Source of the DNA: the human T2T-CHM13v2.0 reference genome, Homo sapiens
Assembly: GCF_009914755.1 (NCBI RefSeq)
Contig: NC_060931.1
Reading direction: 5' to 3' (one strand)
Length of the DNA: 64,000 nucleotides
The position numbers and the translations under genes are program-made. Every line of letters starts with the position of its first letter. Positions within the stretch are counted from its first letter, which is position 1. This document shows, piece after piece, positions 29,882 to 45,440 of this stretch. The notes beneath the pieces were generated by a model. That model had not been told where the DNA came from and did not search any database. It worked only from the letters and a program-made list of their open reading frames with translations.

Positions 29882-30734
29882 CTAGCTGAGCAGTCTTGCT
29901 GAATCCTAGGGAGGAGCAGCAGAGAGCACTAGACATGTAACTTCCCCACAGTCTCAGGACTCAGGGGTTGGGCAGCATTGCCTTTCATGCAGGGCAGTTA
30001 GTGGCCCTGCCCAGGCCCTGTGCTTAGAGGGCCCTGATCTAGCCCTCCTCTGCCTGTCCCTCCGCATGGTGTGAGGAGTCTGAAGGGCAAGGGTATGAGC
30101 CCTCTACAAACTGCAGATAGGGTCTGTATGGGCCTCTTCCCTGTTCTCCTGAAGGTAGACCATGACTGCCTTTATGAGCACCTCTACGCCTGAGGAGTGG
30201 ATGAGGCGCAGCTGTTTGCATAGGCTGAAAACAGAGCTTGGATGTGTGAACTGGGGTGTCCTGCAGGTCCCCCACAGTTCAGGGAGGATCTGGGGATGGG
30301 ATGAGAAGGGGCCTCCACGTGTGGTCCTGGGAGGTACAAATGTGCTAGAGTGGACATTGGGGGTTATTGAGAGGAAACCCCAGGGTGAACTAGACTAGAG
30401 TACCCAAAAGAGATTAGCAGAGCTGAAAAGGTTATTAGGGACTAGCCTTGAGGTTTAGTGTCAACAATTTCATGTGATGACAAGGGAGCCAAACAGAAGT
30501 AGAAAACCAGGGAAGAGGAGAGAAAAAGTGAGAAACAGAGTAGTCCGGATGAAGTCTGCAGATGTCAACCAACACTTAACAACTGGTGGATTTGCACAGC
30601 AACCTGGGATACCATCTTACTAAAGAACTCTGAGAATTGCCATTCACACAGAACAAAATGTGAGTGGTGCTTCCTTGTTGCAAATATTGTGGAATAATAT
30701 TTGCTATTATTACTGCTATTACTATATAATAAAT

Positions 30735-33453
30735 TGCTATATTTATTGCAATATAATAAATTCTCCCAACATTTAGTGTCTTGCAATGACAACCATTTTA
30801 TGATCTCTCACACTTGCTATGGCTCAAGAATTCAGAAGCAGTTCAGCTGGTGGTTGTAGGTTACAGTTGCTCAGTGTAGCTGCAATCAGATGATGGCTGG
30901 GATTGGGTCATCTTTAAGGCTTTGTTATTGGCATATCTGGTACCAGAGTTGGGAAGACTCAAAGAATTGAGAGCTGAAACACCTGGAGTGGAACACCTCT
31001 AAATTAATATGGCCTTTCCACAAGGTCTCTTAAGCATGATGGTTTCAAGTTAGCTGGAACTTGAAATGCACCAAGAGAACATGCACCAAGAGAACAAGAC
31101 AGCCAGGTGGAAGCTGTACTTCAGGGGTCCCCAACCCCCAGAGCTGTGGACCTGTAATGGTCCGTGGCCTGTTAGGAACCGGGCTGCACAGCAGGAGGTG
31201 AGCAATTGGCAAGTGAGTCTTACCACCTGAGCATCACCACCTATCAGATCAGCAGCAGCATTAGATTCTCATAGGAGCGCGAACCCCATTGTGAACTGCA
31301 CATGTGAGGGATCTAGGTTGCACACTTCTTATGAGAATCTAATGCCTGATGATCTGAGGTGGGGCAGTTTTATCCTGAAACCACCCCCTGGCCCTTGTCC
31401 ATGGAAATATTGTCTTCCTTGAAACTGGTCCCTTGTACCAAAAAGCTTGGGGACCGCTGCTGTATTAACCTGGCATTCCATTTGGTAGAAATGCATCACT
31501 AAGGCCAGCCTATATTTAATGAAAGAGAATTAGACTCCACATTTTGATAGAAGGAGTCTCAAAGAACTGTGGACATGTTCTAAAATCATAACAGTCTGCC
31601 CTCTGATGCAAGTTATTTATGTTGATTCCATATGCAAAATACACTCACTGACCCCCCTCCTAAGAGCCATAGATATCTCAGCTGTTACAGCCCCAGTCTC
31701 AGGGTCAAGGGCCAGTAGCTCATCATCTGAATCAGGCTCAGGTGCTGCAGCTGACACTCTTCAGCTTCAGATCCTCATTTACATCTTCTTGAGGACTGCT
31801 CCTCATCTCAAGATCTGTGAACTAAAGTGACAAGTTGTTTGCCTTCCACAAACCCAGCATATTTTGGTGGGCTAGACGTAGGACAGTCACTATAGACATT
31901 TCAAAAACAGAACACATATGGTAATCAGTAGTCCACAGCAGCTCTGAGATCCAGCCAGGAACAGGTTGCCAGTTCCTTGATTACAGCTCAGTAATCTCTC
32001 TAGGAATGATTATCCCTGGCTCTTGCCTCCATTCTCTAGGCTATTGGTTTCTCCCTCTGAATTATCGTTCCTGTCCTATTAAATGTTCCCCGTCTTTATG
32101 GCTGAGTGGTTTTCTCAGTCTGCTTCTTTCCCCTAGAATTTCAGAGGTCCAAAAGCCTCTTTTCATTTTGTACTATCTCTGTCTCTTTTAGTATAAATTG
32201 GCAATATTTTCATTAGTACACATCTCTTTAAAACTCTGTGTGTTTCTTATAAATCTAACTGGGATTCACTTGTAACCTCAATGAGATAAACTTTTTTCTA
32301 CTTTATGCTTTTCTCTGGCTATTGTGGTACTTTGCCCTTAAGATTCTTGGAAGCATTTTTGTTTAGTAGAGATGGCTGAGAGGGATGCCCTTACAATCTT
32401 TAAGGGGATCTTTGACTGTTTGAAAAAAAGCCCATGAAGTACTTCCTTAAATCTGAGTCGTAACAAAGGATTCTAGAGTTACACTGTTGCCTTCATCTTT
32501 AAATGAAAATTATGCATTATAACGTTAGCCTCATTTGCCATCTGGAGAGGATAAGACTAAGAAATAGTTGTATTTTTTGGAAACCCACAGTCTTGGCTCT
32601 TTTATATTTAACAATTTTTTTCCTTACTTCATCTCTCTGCTCTCATATTTTACCATGGGCAGTTAGAAGAACCAGGCAGCACCTTCAACATTCTGCCTAG
32701 AAATGTCCTTACTAGATTGTGAGATCCTTAGGTATATTTTCTGTTTTCTGTGCTACCACAGTATCTAGAGGATATTGCCAGGCATTCTACCACCTCATAA
32801 CCCGGGCCTCCTTTCCTCTAGCTGCTGATACATTTTGCTCACTTTTCTTTCATCTTTTACTGACAGCCTCTTCAAAACTCTTTGCATTTCCACCCTCCAC
32901 TCAGGCCCCAAACCACTGTCACATGTTTTAAGTTTTGTTATAGCAATACCTCACATCTATCTATTGTTGTGAAACAAATCACCCTCAAAATTGGTGATGA
33001 CCTAAAAATAAACAACTTAAAAAATGTTTCATGGTTCCTGCAAATACAGTATTCTGGATCAGCTTGTCTGGGAGGGTCTGGCATAAGAACTCTTGACATC
33101 AGATGATTCTGGGATTGAGATCCACTCAAAGGCTTCTTCACTCCCATATCTGGCACTTGCATGGGGAAGGCTTGAATAGCTGGGGCTATTCAACTACTGG
33201 ATCTCTTTAGGCATCTTTCTGATTGTCTATATGGTCTCTCTCTCTCTCTCTCTCTCAAGGGAGAGAGCACCAGGCAGAAGCTTATCTTTTGTGAACTAGC
33301 TTTGAAAACCACACAGAATCACTTCTGCTACCTTTGCAAAATGAGAAGCAAATTGCTAAGGCCAGCCTGATATTTAAAGGGAGGGCAACTAGACTCCACC
33401 TCTTGATGGGAAGTGTTTCCAAGAATTTTCAGACATGTGCTAAAATCATCACA
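30735..33453 (-). mobile_element. MLT1F-like MaLR element with LTR-internal-LTR structure
   Basis: Two related LTR ends (aaggccagcct...tagactccac...gacatgt.ctaaaatcat.aca at ~31593 and 33453) flank an MLT1-int-like sequence starting gtctgccctctg. Confidence 0.75.
31122..31459 (+). mobile_element. MER1B hAT-Charlie element inserted in the MaLR LTR
   Basis: 338 bp; TIRs caggggtccccaac / ttggggaccgctg; 8-bp TSD ctgtactt / ctgtatta. Confidence 0.9.
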
Positions 33454-35389
33454 CCTCTGGCGTTGAATGACACAGAGGCCCCATCCTAATACCTGTGTGC
33501 CTGCCAATCAGGAAGAGTTTGGTAGAAAATCCCAGACTGGGATATTCTTGGAATTCTGGGAGTTAGGTCTCCCGATTTTAAAATTACCTGCAACTGAATG
33601 TTATACCTTGTAATCACTTGGGAAACCTTTGTCTACCCTATTGCTTTTGAATCCTGAGGTGATAACTGCCCAGAGTCCCATTTGCCTCACAGGAAACCAC
33701 GTGTTACATAGAGGAGTGATGCTGTCTGTCTCTCATTAGCTTCCTTCTTCCCAAAGCCAGGCAGCAACTGTCCCAAAGGAAAAATAATCTGCATCAAGTA
33801 GCCAACAAGCACTCTCTCCATCTCTAGTCTCACTAAGACTTGCTAATGCTTGGATTTGACTTAGCCTAGGTAAGTAGCTTTTTAATACTAATTTTTAAAA
33901 ACCCTGCTGTGCCAAAGAATTAAATAAGCAGTCATCTAGCTTTAAATGTTTCACAAGGAACTAAAATAACACCTTTTGGGACAGGCAATCAAGTTTTCCA
34001 CCCTACCTCATCCAAGGCAAAAAGAACTCTCTTGTCTACAAGGTTTTGATTGTGTAGAATGTAAGTTTTGTGGCCATAGCTAGGACAGTATACAGTCAAT
34101 TTTCTAAATGCAAAGAAATGCTTGGGGAACAGGGATTTTTATTCACAGGCTAACAAATGAAAATGTGTATGTGGGTATGGGAGCTGGTGCAAGGAAGTGA
34201 GATATTCAACCCTTGGAGATGACAGGAGTCCCCTTTTCTGTATTTAGACTACGTCTCCGCAGTTCATGAAAATACATGGCTTGTTCTTTTCCCCTTTAAA
34301 CTATTCTCTCTCTGACCTTTTCCCCCAGCTTTATTTGTTTATTTTTAAAAATAACTGAGTCACATGTGATTCATTTCTAAAGCTTAATACTTATGCTCAA
34401 ACACAAATCCCATTGTTCACCTCCTTAGGGAGAGTGAGCTACTCCAGAAGAAAAAAGTAGAGATTTTGTATATGTTTTTGATTCTGTGAATTTATATTAA
34501 AATAAATTGTGCAGAAAATGTGACAGACCTTTGAGTAATCTGAAGGTACTGTATTATGGACCAGAAGGGAAATGACTGAAATACACAAAGCTTTGGAGGG
34601 ACCTGGGAGGAGAGATTTACATTCAAAGTTTTTTGCTGAATGTTCTTGTCGTTTTGAATGCTGAGAATGCATCTATTGTTCCAGGGGACTCCTGCATCGC
34701 CACCTTGTTCACTTTCTCTTCCCCATTGTTAATGAGTGTTGTTTGGAGCCTATGTGGTTTTAATAGAGACTCAGCTAAGGTAAGCTTCGGAGATCATTTG
34801 TTTGGTATAGAGTAAGATGAGTGGGGAAAAGTCAGCAGGAGGGAAGGGTTGGAAGGACAGTAGGCTCTGATGACAAAATATCACATGGAATCAGATCAAC
34901 TTCCAGCTTTTAGCCTCTTAGTTTTAATCACATCTTTCCTTCCTGTGTATCAACAATATTGCTGCCAAAACCCTACAGCTAAGAGTGACATAAACATTCA
35001 AATCTCCCAGAGACAGATGGCAACATAAATCTCCATTGTTGCTTTCTTAGAGGATTCCTAGCCTATTGCCATGTGTGGTGAATGGGACATTAGAGGTAGC
35101 TATTTCCCACAAGAGCGCTTTTTAGATTCACCTTCAGCAAGTAAAGATGCTTCATTGTTTTGGGGGAATTTTGCTGGCTAAAATCCTAGGGATTACAACA
35201 GCAAGAGAAAGCTAATGCTTGAATGAAAGTCATCAGTTAGCAACTCCACAACTTCCTTTCTGTTTGGCCTCCCAGAATAACAGATGAGGTTGTTACAGAC
35301 ACTGGCCACCCACTACCCAAAAAGTCTGTCATGATTATACAGACTGGTCAGGCTAACAGGTTGCTTTAATCATAGTGAGGGAAAAATGA

Positions 35390-35699
<310 letters not shown>

Positions 35700-37159
35700 T
35701 AAGCACTGTTTTTGATCAGAAAATCTCAAACATATTTGAATCTGCAATCATGCACTTAACCAGAATATGGCCTTTTGCTGAATTTGCCTTATTTTAAAGC
35801 CCCACTTGTTCTATTCTATGACAGCCTTTAGTCAAGGCTGACTGATCTTCACTAAATACATTGCAGCCTTAACACATTTTTGGATATACTTAGATATTAG
35901 TCCCCTCTATCTGTAAATATGTCTTTGTTTGATTTTAGAAATCCAAATTTGCACATCTTCAGGTATTAATTATGGCTTTCATGGCAATCTGCATGACAGG
36001 AGGGGTCACTGAATGTGTCATTACTCTGAAGGGGATACCTGGTCCCTGGGATGTTCACATCTGTCTTGAGTGCCAGGGCAGAGCAAAATGAGCCCACATC
36101 AGTCTTAGGAGAGAGAACAGAGGAAATGTGAAACAGCCAATTTAAGAATCGTACTGAGAACACTAAGACAGAATAGAGACCTGACATTTCATGAGACACA
36201 TGGTACTGAGAAACAAAGATCTAGCTTTAGAAGACGAGATAGAGTCCATAATCTCTGGTTAAAATCTCTTCCTCCATGAACATAAATGTTAAAACAAGCA
36301 ACTTCTCACTGCCAAGGAACTCCAGCGGAATTTAAACACATCCAAAGAAGGATGTATTTAAGGAAGGACCCTAGCACAAAGATGTACCTAGCATGCAGAA
36401 TCCTTTGTTTAGAAAGATAATTGAAGCTTTCTAGAGATTAAACCAATTAAAACAAAGCACCTGTGTCTCACAGAATACCTCGAGTACTGTAATGGGTAAT
36501 TCTCAGGGTTTACTCAGCTCTGAACTTGATTGAACATGAGCGTCAGTATTTCCACTGCCTCTATGAAACACAGGCCCTCAACATTTCCACCTGAACAGCT
36601 CAAGTTGTTCTTCCTGCCACTCACTCATCACCCTCCTAATCTTGCTCCATGATGAAGCTGAGGGAATCCTCAGAAGCCCTCACCTGCTGTACACGCTCCA
36701 CTGGTTTCTCCTGCATTGGGGATCAGTCCATACCAGGCACCAGGGCCCTTCCTGACAGCACGCACCTCCTCTCTCTTGCTCCCCAGCTTGGAATTCAGTG
36801 CTCCCACCAGCCTGAGCACTGGCCTATTCTTTCTCTCACCTAGAGGCCTTTGTTGGGTACCCTCAACACTTCACTACACCACAATTCATACTCCATCTTG
36901 TAACTGTCCCCTCTGCACGATTTGAAGCTCTGCTTGCTCTACAGCAACATAGGGTCTGGAAATGACAAAGATGTGTCTCCCAGCTACATCCTGAGTTGTG
37001 GGGTTTTTTGTTTTGTTTTACTAGCTATTGCTTGTTTTTAAACTATATTTTCACAAGACTTGTGACACACATACAGAAATGGGTTTTTTAATATTACTGT
37101 TTACATAAAGGATAATCATGTAAACAAACCAGAGACTGAGAGGTGATTTTTCCCATTTC

Positions 37160-37800
37160 ACCCTTCATTCCTTCTTTGTTCATTCCACAAGCCTTCTATG
37201 TGCAAGGCACTGTGTACGTAAGGAATGTTTGGGAGAGAAACAACCACCTGCAGCCACACTGTTTTATGGCCCTCTGCTTTAGGATTTTGTTTCTCCTACC
37301 TTCTAACTTATGTCCTTATGCACATTTATTCATTTACTTAAGAAACGTTTGTCAAGAACCAACTGTGAACTAGGACCTACGATGGGCATTGAGAACTCAG
37401 TGATAAACAGAAGTTGTCTCAGCCTCTGTTTCCATGAAATTTGAAGTCCAATGGCGAGGACAGGCAGTATCAAACTGTCCTATAACTATACAATCAAACT
37501 GCAATTACTGCAACAAAGGAAAAAAGAGGGTACAATGAGAAGATACAGCAGGGGGGCCTGACCTGGGGACTTAGGAAATGTTTCCTTCAAGAAGTAACTT
37601 TTTCACCGAGATCTGAGGTTAGAGGAAGAGAAGGAGCAGGTGAATTGAGAGAAGCCAGTTTTGGGAGTGGAATGGGCTGGGGATCTGTGGTGGTGAAGCT
37701 GGAGAGTTGGGCAGGGACCAGGGAAATTCAGGTCATATTAAGACTTTTAAAGAATGTGAAGAAAGGATGTGATCTGCTCAAATTGAGATTTCTCAGTTTA
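37160..37800 (-). mobile_element. L2 fragments
   Basis: tttattcatt...caagaacc...gtgataaaca...gaagtaac...gagatctga L2 pattern. Confidence 0.5.
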
Positions 37801-38058
37801 CCATCCACTAGATTGTAGGTTCTTCATGTCCTGAGGCTGCATCAAACTCCAGCAGAGGGTTTTGAATGCAGTTGGTGCTAAACTGATACTGCTTGAGCAA
37901 GGGGAAAGGTTGTCAGTGCTGTGACCATGCACTGGGATGTTAATGGTGACCTATCTACTTCAGTGGATACTTGTACCTCCAAACCAGGAGATGCTGCCAG
38001 AAGCCACAGTGCTTTCCCCTAGGCCACACAGATCAGAAGTGAAGGGGCCAGGACACTC

Positions 38059-38370
38059 TTTTTTTTTTTTTTTTTCTTTTTGAGACAGGGTCTCGCTGTC
38101 ACCCAGGCAGCATGCAGTGGTATAATCTCAGTTTACAGCAACCTCCACTTCCTGGGACTTAAGCAATCCTCCAGCCTCAGCCTCCTGAGTAGCTGGGACC
38201 ACAGGTGCGAGCCACCACACCTGGCTAATTTTTTTTTTTTTTTACTTTTTGTAGAAACAATGTTTCACCATGTAGCCCAGGCTGGTCTCAAACTCCTGAG
38301 CTCAAAGCAATCCACCTGCCTCAGCCTCCCAAAATGCTGGGATTACAGACATGAGCCACGGCACCCGGCC
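38059..38370 (-). mobile_element. AluJ-like
   Basis: Poly-T then antisense Alu; short TSD cactct. Confidence 0.95.
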
Positions 38371-39999
38371 CACTCTATTTTCAGTTAAGAAATGTTTCAG
38401 TTTAGATAATTTCTCTAGAACAGAAAGAGGTCTGAGCTATCCCCTGTCTGGATGCTCATTAGGAGGGTCATTATTTGGCCACTATCTCGTCTGCAAAACA
38501 TGTTGTGCATTATTCTAATGGCAGTGGGGCGAGTGGGGTGGGAAGTGGATTCTCTTTCTCTGGTCCTTCCAGCTCTTCTCTTTCACTCAGAGAGTCTGTG
38601 ATAAGCGACACATGGTTCCATATTCCCCGACTTTGCTCTTTCATATTCTGAAGGCTTTCGACACCCGTTAATTCATCACCACCCACAGGCTGGCCAGTGG
38701 GAATTTGGGTGTCCTAGTGGGATTCTGACTTCTATGGGATTGACTTCTTTTATATCTTGGAATTGATGCTCAGCAAATATGGCAAATGCTCCCATTCTCT
38801 GCTAGAGAAAATGTCACCTTTGAGGTCATTAACAATACATTTGCCATCACCATCTTTAGATAGTAAGGGAAAGGCTTTTTGGAACAGAGAGAACAGATAG
38901 AGATAAATTTCAGAAGCCCTTTTCATGCAATAATGATTTTCTCAAAATGGAAACAGATTTCAAGGATCTTTGTCCCCTCTGGAGAAGCTTTTCTTCCCTG
39001 TGTGTGCACAGTATGTGAATATGATTATATAAATGCAGTGGGAAGACAAGCTCCTGATCACTCTTTAAATCACTTCATGCTATGATCTCATTTTTAAAGC
39101 CACTAGAAACCATCGTTGATGGCTAAATTACTGACATATTTTTAAACAGCTTCTGTATTTAGCTGTTTGGCTGTTTTCATCCCTTCTTCTCCCTCATGCC
39201 ATTCTGTGATGCCGCCTCAGCCTCAGAGATTCAGCCTCAGAAATTCAGCGTGGCCGTCTGCTGAACACATGAATACTAAAGAATTGGTTTCCTTAGTAAC
39301 AATAACCATGAGGCAGCTCGCAGAACTTCCTGCCTTCTGTCTGTCCGAATTTGTTTTCTGTTGGTCACATGGAAAAGACACCCAAACCGCGCCTGCCTAT
39401 ATAGGATGCACATAAATGTTGTGACCCATGAGCAGAAGGGAAACTTGTCTCTGCTGATTTCCTATTTCTTTTCTCCACATGTTTGTTGCCCTGTTCTGTG
39501 TGGACAGGGCTAAGCCAGGGCACCTGTGAAGGGCCATGGGCCATGTCGGAGCTCATCGTCTTTCTTCTAATAAAAATCTGGAACCACAAAACCATAATGC
39601 AAGACACATAAACGAGATGACCCTTTGTCTGTGGGTCACTAGTGTGGAACTTTACAAAATAGAATACATACCATTAACGATATTTTAAGTGCTAAAAAGA
39701 AAATGTTAATTGCATAGAGAAAGCTTTGCTGGTTTTCCAGGTTTGTTTTTCAAGCATCTTTCTGTTGTGAGAAATTGCTAGAACCAGTCCTGTGGGGCAT
39801 ATCATCGCACTTCACAAACTGAGGCTTAAGGAGGCAAAATGACTCCCGCACCGTGACAATGCTAGGCAGCTGCAGAGCCAGTAGTCAGACCCAGAGCTGT
39901 CTGAAGGCAAAGTCCAGGGTCTTAAGCACAGGCAGAGGGAAAGTGGTTGTCCAAAGTGCTCTGGTGTGATGGGCACACTGGCAGTTCGCTTTTGCCAGG

Positions 40000-40265
40000 G
40001 CATGAGATGTAGGGTGAAGTGCCGAAAGAGGCAGGCAGGCTAGCTCAGGGAGGCCTTGCCGATGAGTGTGGCTGTGAAGGGAACCTACAGAAGGGTTTTA
40101 AGCAATGTTGGCAAATGATCTGATTTGCATTTTGGGAAGATCGTTCTTGGGAATTTTGAGGATGGATTTGAGGGGCTAGAACTGGGGGCAAGGAGATCTG
40201 TTAGCCCCTTACAGTCAGTAGGCCTGGTAAAGAGTGATGTTGGCCTGAATCTGGGCAATAGGGAT
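40000..40265 (-). mobile_element. L2 fragment
   Basis: gaagggttttaagca...atgatctgatttgcattttgggaagatc motif. Confidence 0.55.
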
Positions 40266-40807
40266 GGAAAGGAAGGGACTTCCCAAAACTTTCCCCACAT
40301 GGATCCTTCTGCAGACGCCTTCTCCATCATCGCACCTGCAGCTGAGGCTTCAGGGTCATGGGGCTCTCTCTGAGACTCACATGCTCACAAGCGAGGGCTA
40401 CTCTTGATTTTGTATTTTCAAATCTTTCTGATTTTACCCTACCCTTTCAGACCCCCCAGGGCATCTCATTTTCTTTTCAACTCCCAGAGTCTAGTACAGC
40501 GGGAGGCACTCAGCAAAAGCATGTTGAATGAAAGGACAAATGAATTGGAGCAGCTTCCAATTTCCCTCCATTAATAAAACCTGTGGTCCTGACCATGGCA
40601 GTCCTATTGCTGCCCTCATTCATAGGTGCTCCAGGAAGCTGGATGGATGCTCCCATCAAGCATGAGATATGAGCAACCTGGTTGTCACAATGCAAGCACT
40701 CACTGATAGATATATTGTATCATTTCCTCTCTTGAATTTGAAACTAAGTGACAGATGTCAAACTTCATTTAGACCCTGTGGCTAGAAAAAAACAGAACTC
40801 CAACAAA

Positions 40808-40895
40808 CCATCATGGCACACGTTTACCTATGTAACAAACCTGCACATCCTGCACCCTTACCCTGGAACTAAAAATAAAAATTAAAAAAAAAAAA
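40808..40895 (+). mobile_element. Extreme 3' end (~90 bp) of an older L1P with A tail
   Basis: catggcacacgtttacctatgtaacaaacctgcacatcctgcac...ctggaactaaaaataaaa. Confidence 0.85.
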
Positions 40896-41344
40896 GAATT
40901 CAAAATGTTATCTGTGTAGTTTCATATTTCTTAGATAAAGAGGCAAGGATGGGCCCTCTCTCCACAATGTCCTACCAAAGGAAAATAAGGCCAAAGTCTA
41001 ACGGGATGGTAACCGTTTGAATTGGACACCACACAAAGAGATAGCAGAGATGTTCCAATCAGTTGAGGACCTGCTGTGTAGCGTTTTGAGGGCAGGCCAG
41101 TTCATAGCTAATAATTTTAATGGCTTCTTCCATCTGGTGGTATTAATTTGTCCTCGTCCTAAAATAAGTAAACATTTTAAAAACAAGACATAAAACCAGA
41201 ACAACTGTGAGGTAAACTCAATGACATCAGCTGCAATGGAATGAAGCACACTTACTATTCTGTGGCCCAGTACTTTAGCAAATAAACCAAGCCTTCCTAC
41301 TTTTTGTACTTGTTAACAAAAAATAGGTAAACCCCTTATCCACT

Positions 41345-41800
<456 letters not shown>

Positions 41801-42084
41801 TGCACATTTTAAAGTTATGTAAAATTTTTCATCTAAATTTAAACAAGATTAATTTTTGTCAATAGGAGGTGGACAAATATTAAACTTCTAATATGAAGTG
41901 ATAGATTGAAATTGGAGTAACTATTTAATGGCATGAGGGAGAAATAGACTTTCTCCTATTGAATAACATACCTCAAATCTGATAGAAATCATGTAAAATT
42001 TTATTTAAGATTTAGGATTGTGTCACTTGAAATCTGGTTCATAATAACAATGATAAGAGAAAAAATAAATGAATATAAATTGAA

Positions 42085-42295
42085 TATTCTCCAGTGCCAG
42101 GGGCTGTACAAGCCCCTGCATTCATCTTCTCATTGAATCTTCACAAACAAACTATAAAGTAGATACTATTAATAGCCACATTTTACAGATGAGGAAATTG
42201 GGATTTAGAGAGATTAAATAACTTGCTGAAAGTTAGTTACATAGTCAATAAGTGGTGGAGGCATATTCAAACTCAGGCAGTCTGACCCCAGAGCA
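42085..42295 (-). mobile_element. MIR
   Basis: cattttacagatgaggaaa...taacttgc...ttcaaactcaggcagtctgac core. Confidence 0.8.
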
Positions 42296-43155
42296 GGAGC
42301 TCTTGGCAAATTTTGTGTTTTCAAATACAAAATTTGAAATTTGATTTGCTATCTGACCATCAAAGGCAGCACTGCAAGTGAGTTGGGGGAAGGAGTTGCT
42401 GAGGGATGAGAATTCAGGCTGATGACCTTGCTATAATCCCTCCTTTCCCATTGGTTCCCTTTCCTGCACCTAGCTCTACCACACAGCCTCTAGATCTACC
42501 ACAGAGCCCCAGGTTTGGAATGTCTAAAGAAAGCTGTGCTCTCCCAAGGACTCCAGCTTGTGAGAACCGAACGCCATCCTTTAACCCAATGCTCCTTGGC
42601 ATTTGCTGCATGTTGGGTAGCCAGAAGCCCAACTCAGTACCCAGCATCCAGAAGAGCAGGACTGAAATGGGCAAAAGATTCAGGGAAAAACATGTGCGGA
42701 ACCCTATCCACCTTTTCTATGATAAGATGTGTTCCTGTTAAAGAAACAAAAATCTGCAAATAAATGCAAAGGCAGGGAATGACTGTAGCTTTCATATTCT
42801 CTGATGAGGAGGAGGCTTATGGCCTGTAAATCACTGACCAAAGGCAACAGACCACCACGAGGTCTCAGAAAAATACTGGAAAACACAACTAGTTCTTCAA
42901 AAAGCACACAATTACCATATTTTAGCATATGGATCCTCACTGAATTATTTCACAGTTATAATTAGGTTGTTAATGCAGTGCAGAATTGGACCATATAATA
43001 ATTTGGTATATACTTTATCTAATCTGATGGAAATGCAACATTTAGAGGGCCTGGCTTTTTTTTCCCCCAGAAACAATTAAAAAGGTCTTTTTCAGCTTAA
43101 GAACTTTAATATCACATATCACATTCTTCCTTTTTTAATTGTGTTGGGATTTGGG

Positions 43156-43210
43156 GTGTGTGTATGTGTGTGAGAGAGAGAGACAGAGAGACAGAGAAAG
43201 AGAGAGAGAG
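43156..43210. repeat. (TG)n-(GA)n compound microsatellite
   Basis: Direct reading. Confidence 0.85.
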
Positions 43211-43872
43211 ATTCAACCCAAATTATGGGCTCAAGCCTTACACTTTCGTCTCTGATTTGTTTCCAGCAATCATTTAAGTTTCTTTTTTTTTTTTCTTGTT
43301 TGCTTCCCCCCTCCCGCCTTTTCCTTTTTGCCATTGGTGAACAGAAACTAGATTTTTTTCTCCAGGACAATTCTCTCTTCCAGTCATAGTAAATGCCAAT
43401 TTCATTTCCATCTTATTATTTTTCTAATTAAACATTTGTCATGCAGAAGAAGATCTGAGGTGCCTGTGCTTTCCATTATGTAAAATATTCAGTTATGATC
43501 ATCGCTCTGGAATGGTATTTTGAAGGTGTTATGGAAAGAAATCAAGGAAAATAAAATAAACTGTATTTTACCTTGGGCTTTTGCCGGTTTATTTTTTCCC
43601 TAGTTTGCCACAGTTTCTAATATTGACTGTCTCCTGTCATGAGGGATATCATCCTGCTTAGTATCCTTCAATGAGGAGAAGTTTCTAAAATCTGTATCTA
43701 AACATTTTTAAAGGTTTAAAATCTAACCCTATTTCATACAGCATTAGACTCTTTTCCCCTTCTTTCTTTTCTATCCACACTTAGCAAAATGTATACTTCC
43801 ATACCTGAGGAAATGCACTTGAGTTCAAATTATTTCAGAACAAATCAGGAATATGCCAGATGTACAACCTGA

Positions 43873-44250
<378 letters not shown>

Positions 44251-44456
44251 TATTTTCTAAACTCTTTAAACACAAAGCTTTTCCATTTTCTGGGGCAAGA
44301 GATTTTTCCCAAACATTAACAATCACATGTTACATCTATGTTTACATCCATACATTTATATCTATATGTTCCATATATGTGTGTATGTATATTATGTGTA
44401 TCTGTATTATACTTTTATTTTATCTGTCTATTACTCTATAAAAACTTAGACTGTAA

Positions 44457-44751
<295 letters not shown>

Positions 44752-45028
44752 TAGACTTTAATTTTTAATTATTTTCAGAGTTTACACAGAATTAGCTGTG
44801 ACATTCAGTTTTATAAAGGTGGGACCATTTCCTCGCAAATTCTCACAATGTATCCTGAGACTTTGCTGTTGTGGGAAGAAAAGCTTGTGTACTTTCTGCA
44901 ATTGCCACCTCCTGAAACACAGTGTGTACGGTGTGTGTGTATGTGTGTGCGCACTAGGCATTGTGCTGTTATTTGGATCTCACTGTGAGTAACTGTGTGT
45001 GTGGTATTAGGAAAATGGAAGATGCTGC

Positions 45029-45440
45029 TGTCGTGGCCCCTCCTAGATTCCATTTACTGAGCTAGTGACTCTGCTGCAGCTGCTTTGGGTGTTGGCTCCT
45101 GAAGGCCCGCAAATGCCTCTACTTCTGAGGAAATTGCCCTGTGCTAATAGGGGAGACACCTCACCCAGGAAGTTAGTGGGAGAAGGCCACAGCCAGTGAC
45201 TGGTGGATAAGAGCATAGAAGACCAGCACCTTGGCCTCAAGAGGAAGCAATTCTGTGGTGTGGTCAATGTTTCAGAGCCCTCCCCCATGATCCAGGCCAA
45301 GAATGGAATTTCCATGAGACCACATCCTTCCCCTTCCCTCTCTGGCTTCACTGTCTCCTTGCCAGGATTTTCCTGTGGAGCACTTTCTCAATAAATCACA
45401 CACACCCAATCCCTGTCTCAGGCTCTGCTCCAAGCAACTT
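45029..45440 (+). mobile_element. LTR16-like ERVL solo LTR
   Basis: Ends gagcactttctcaataaatcac...aatccctgtctcaggctctgct, typical of LTR16. Confidence 0.7.

Noticed and set aside
30695-30765. AT-rich quasi-palindromic stretch at the MaLR edge
   Set aside because: Low-complexity sequence with no clear periodicity or long perfect arms.
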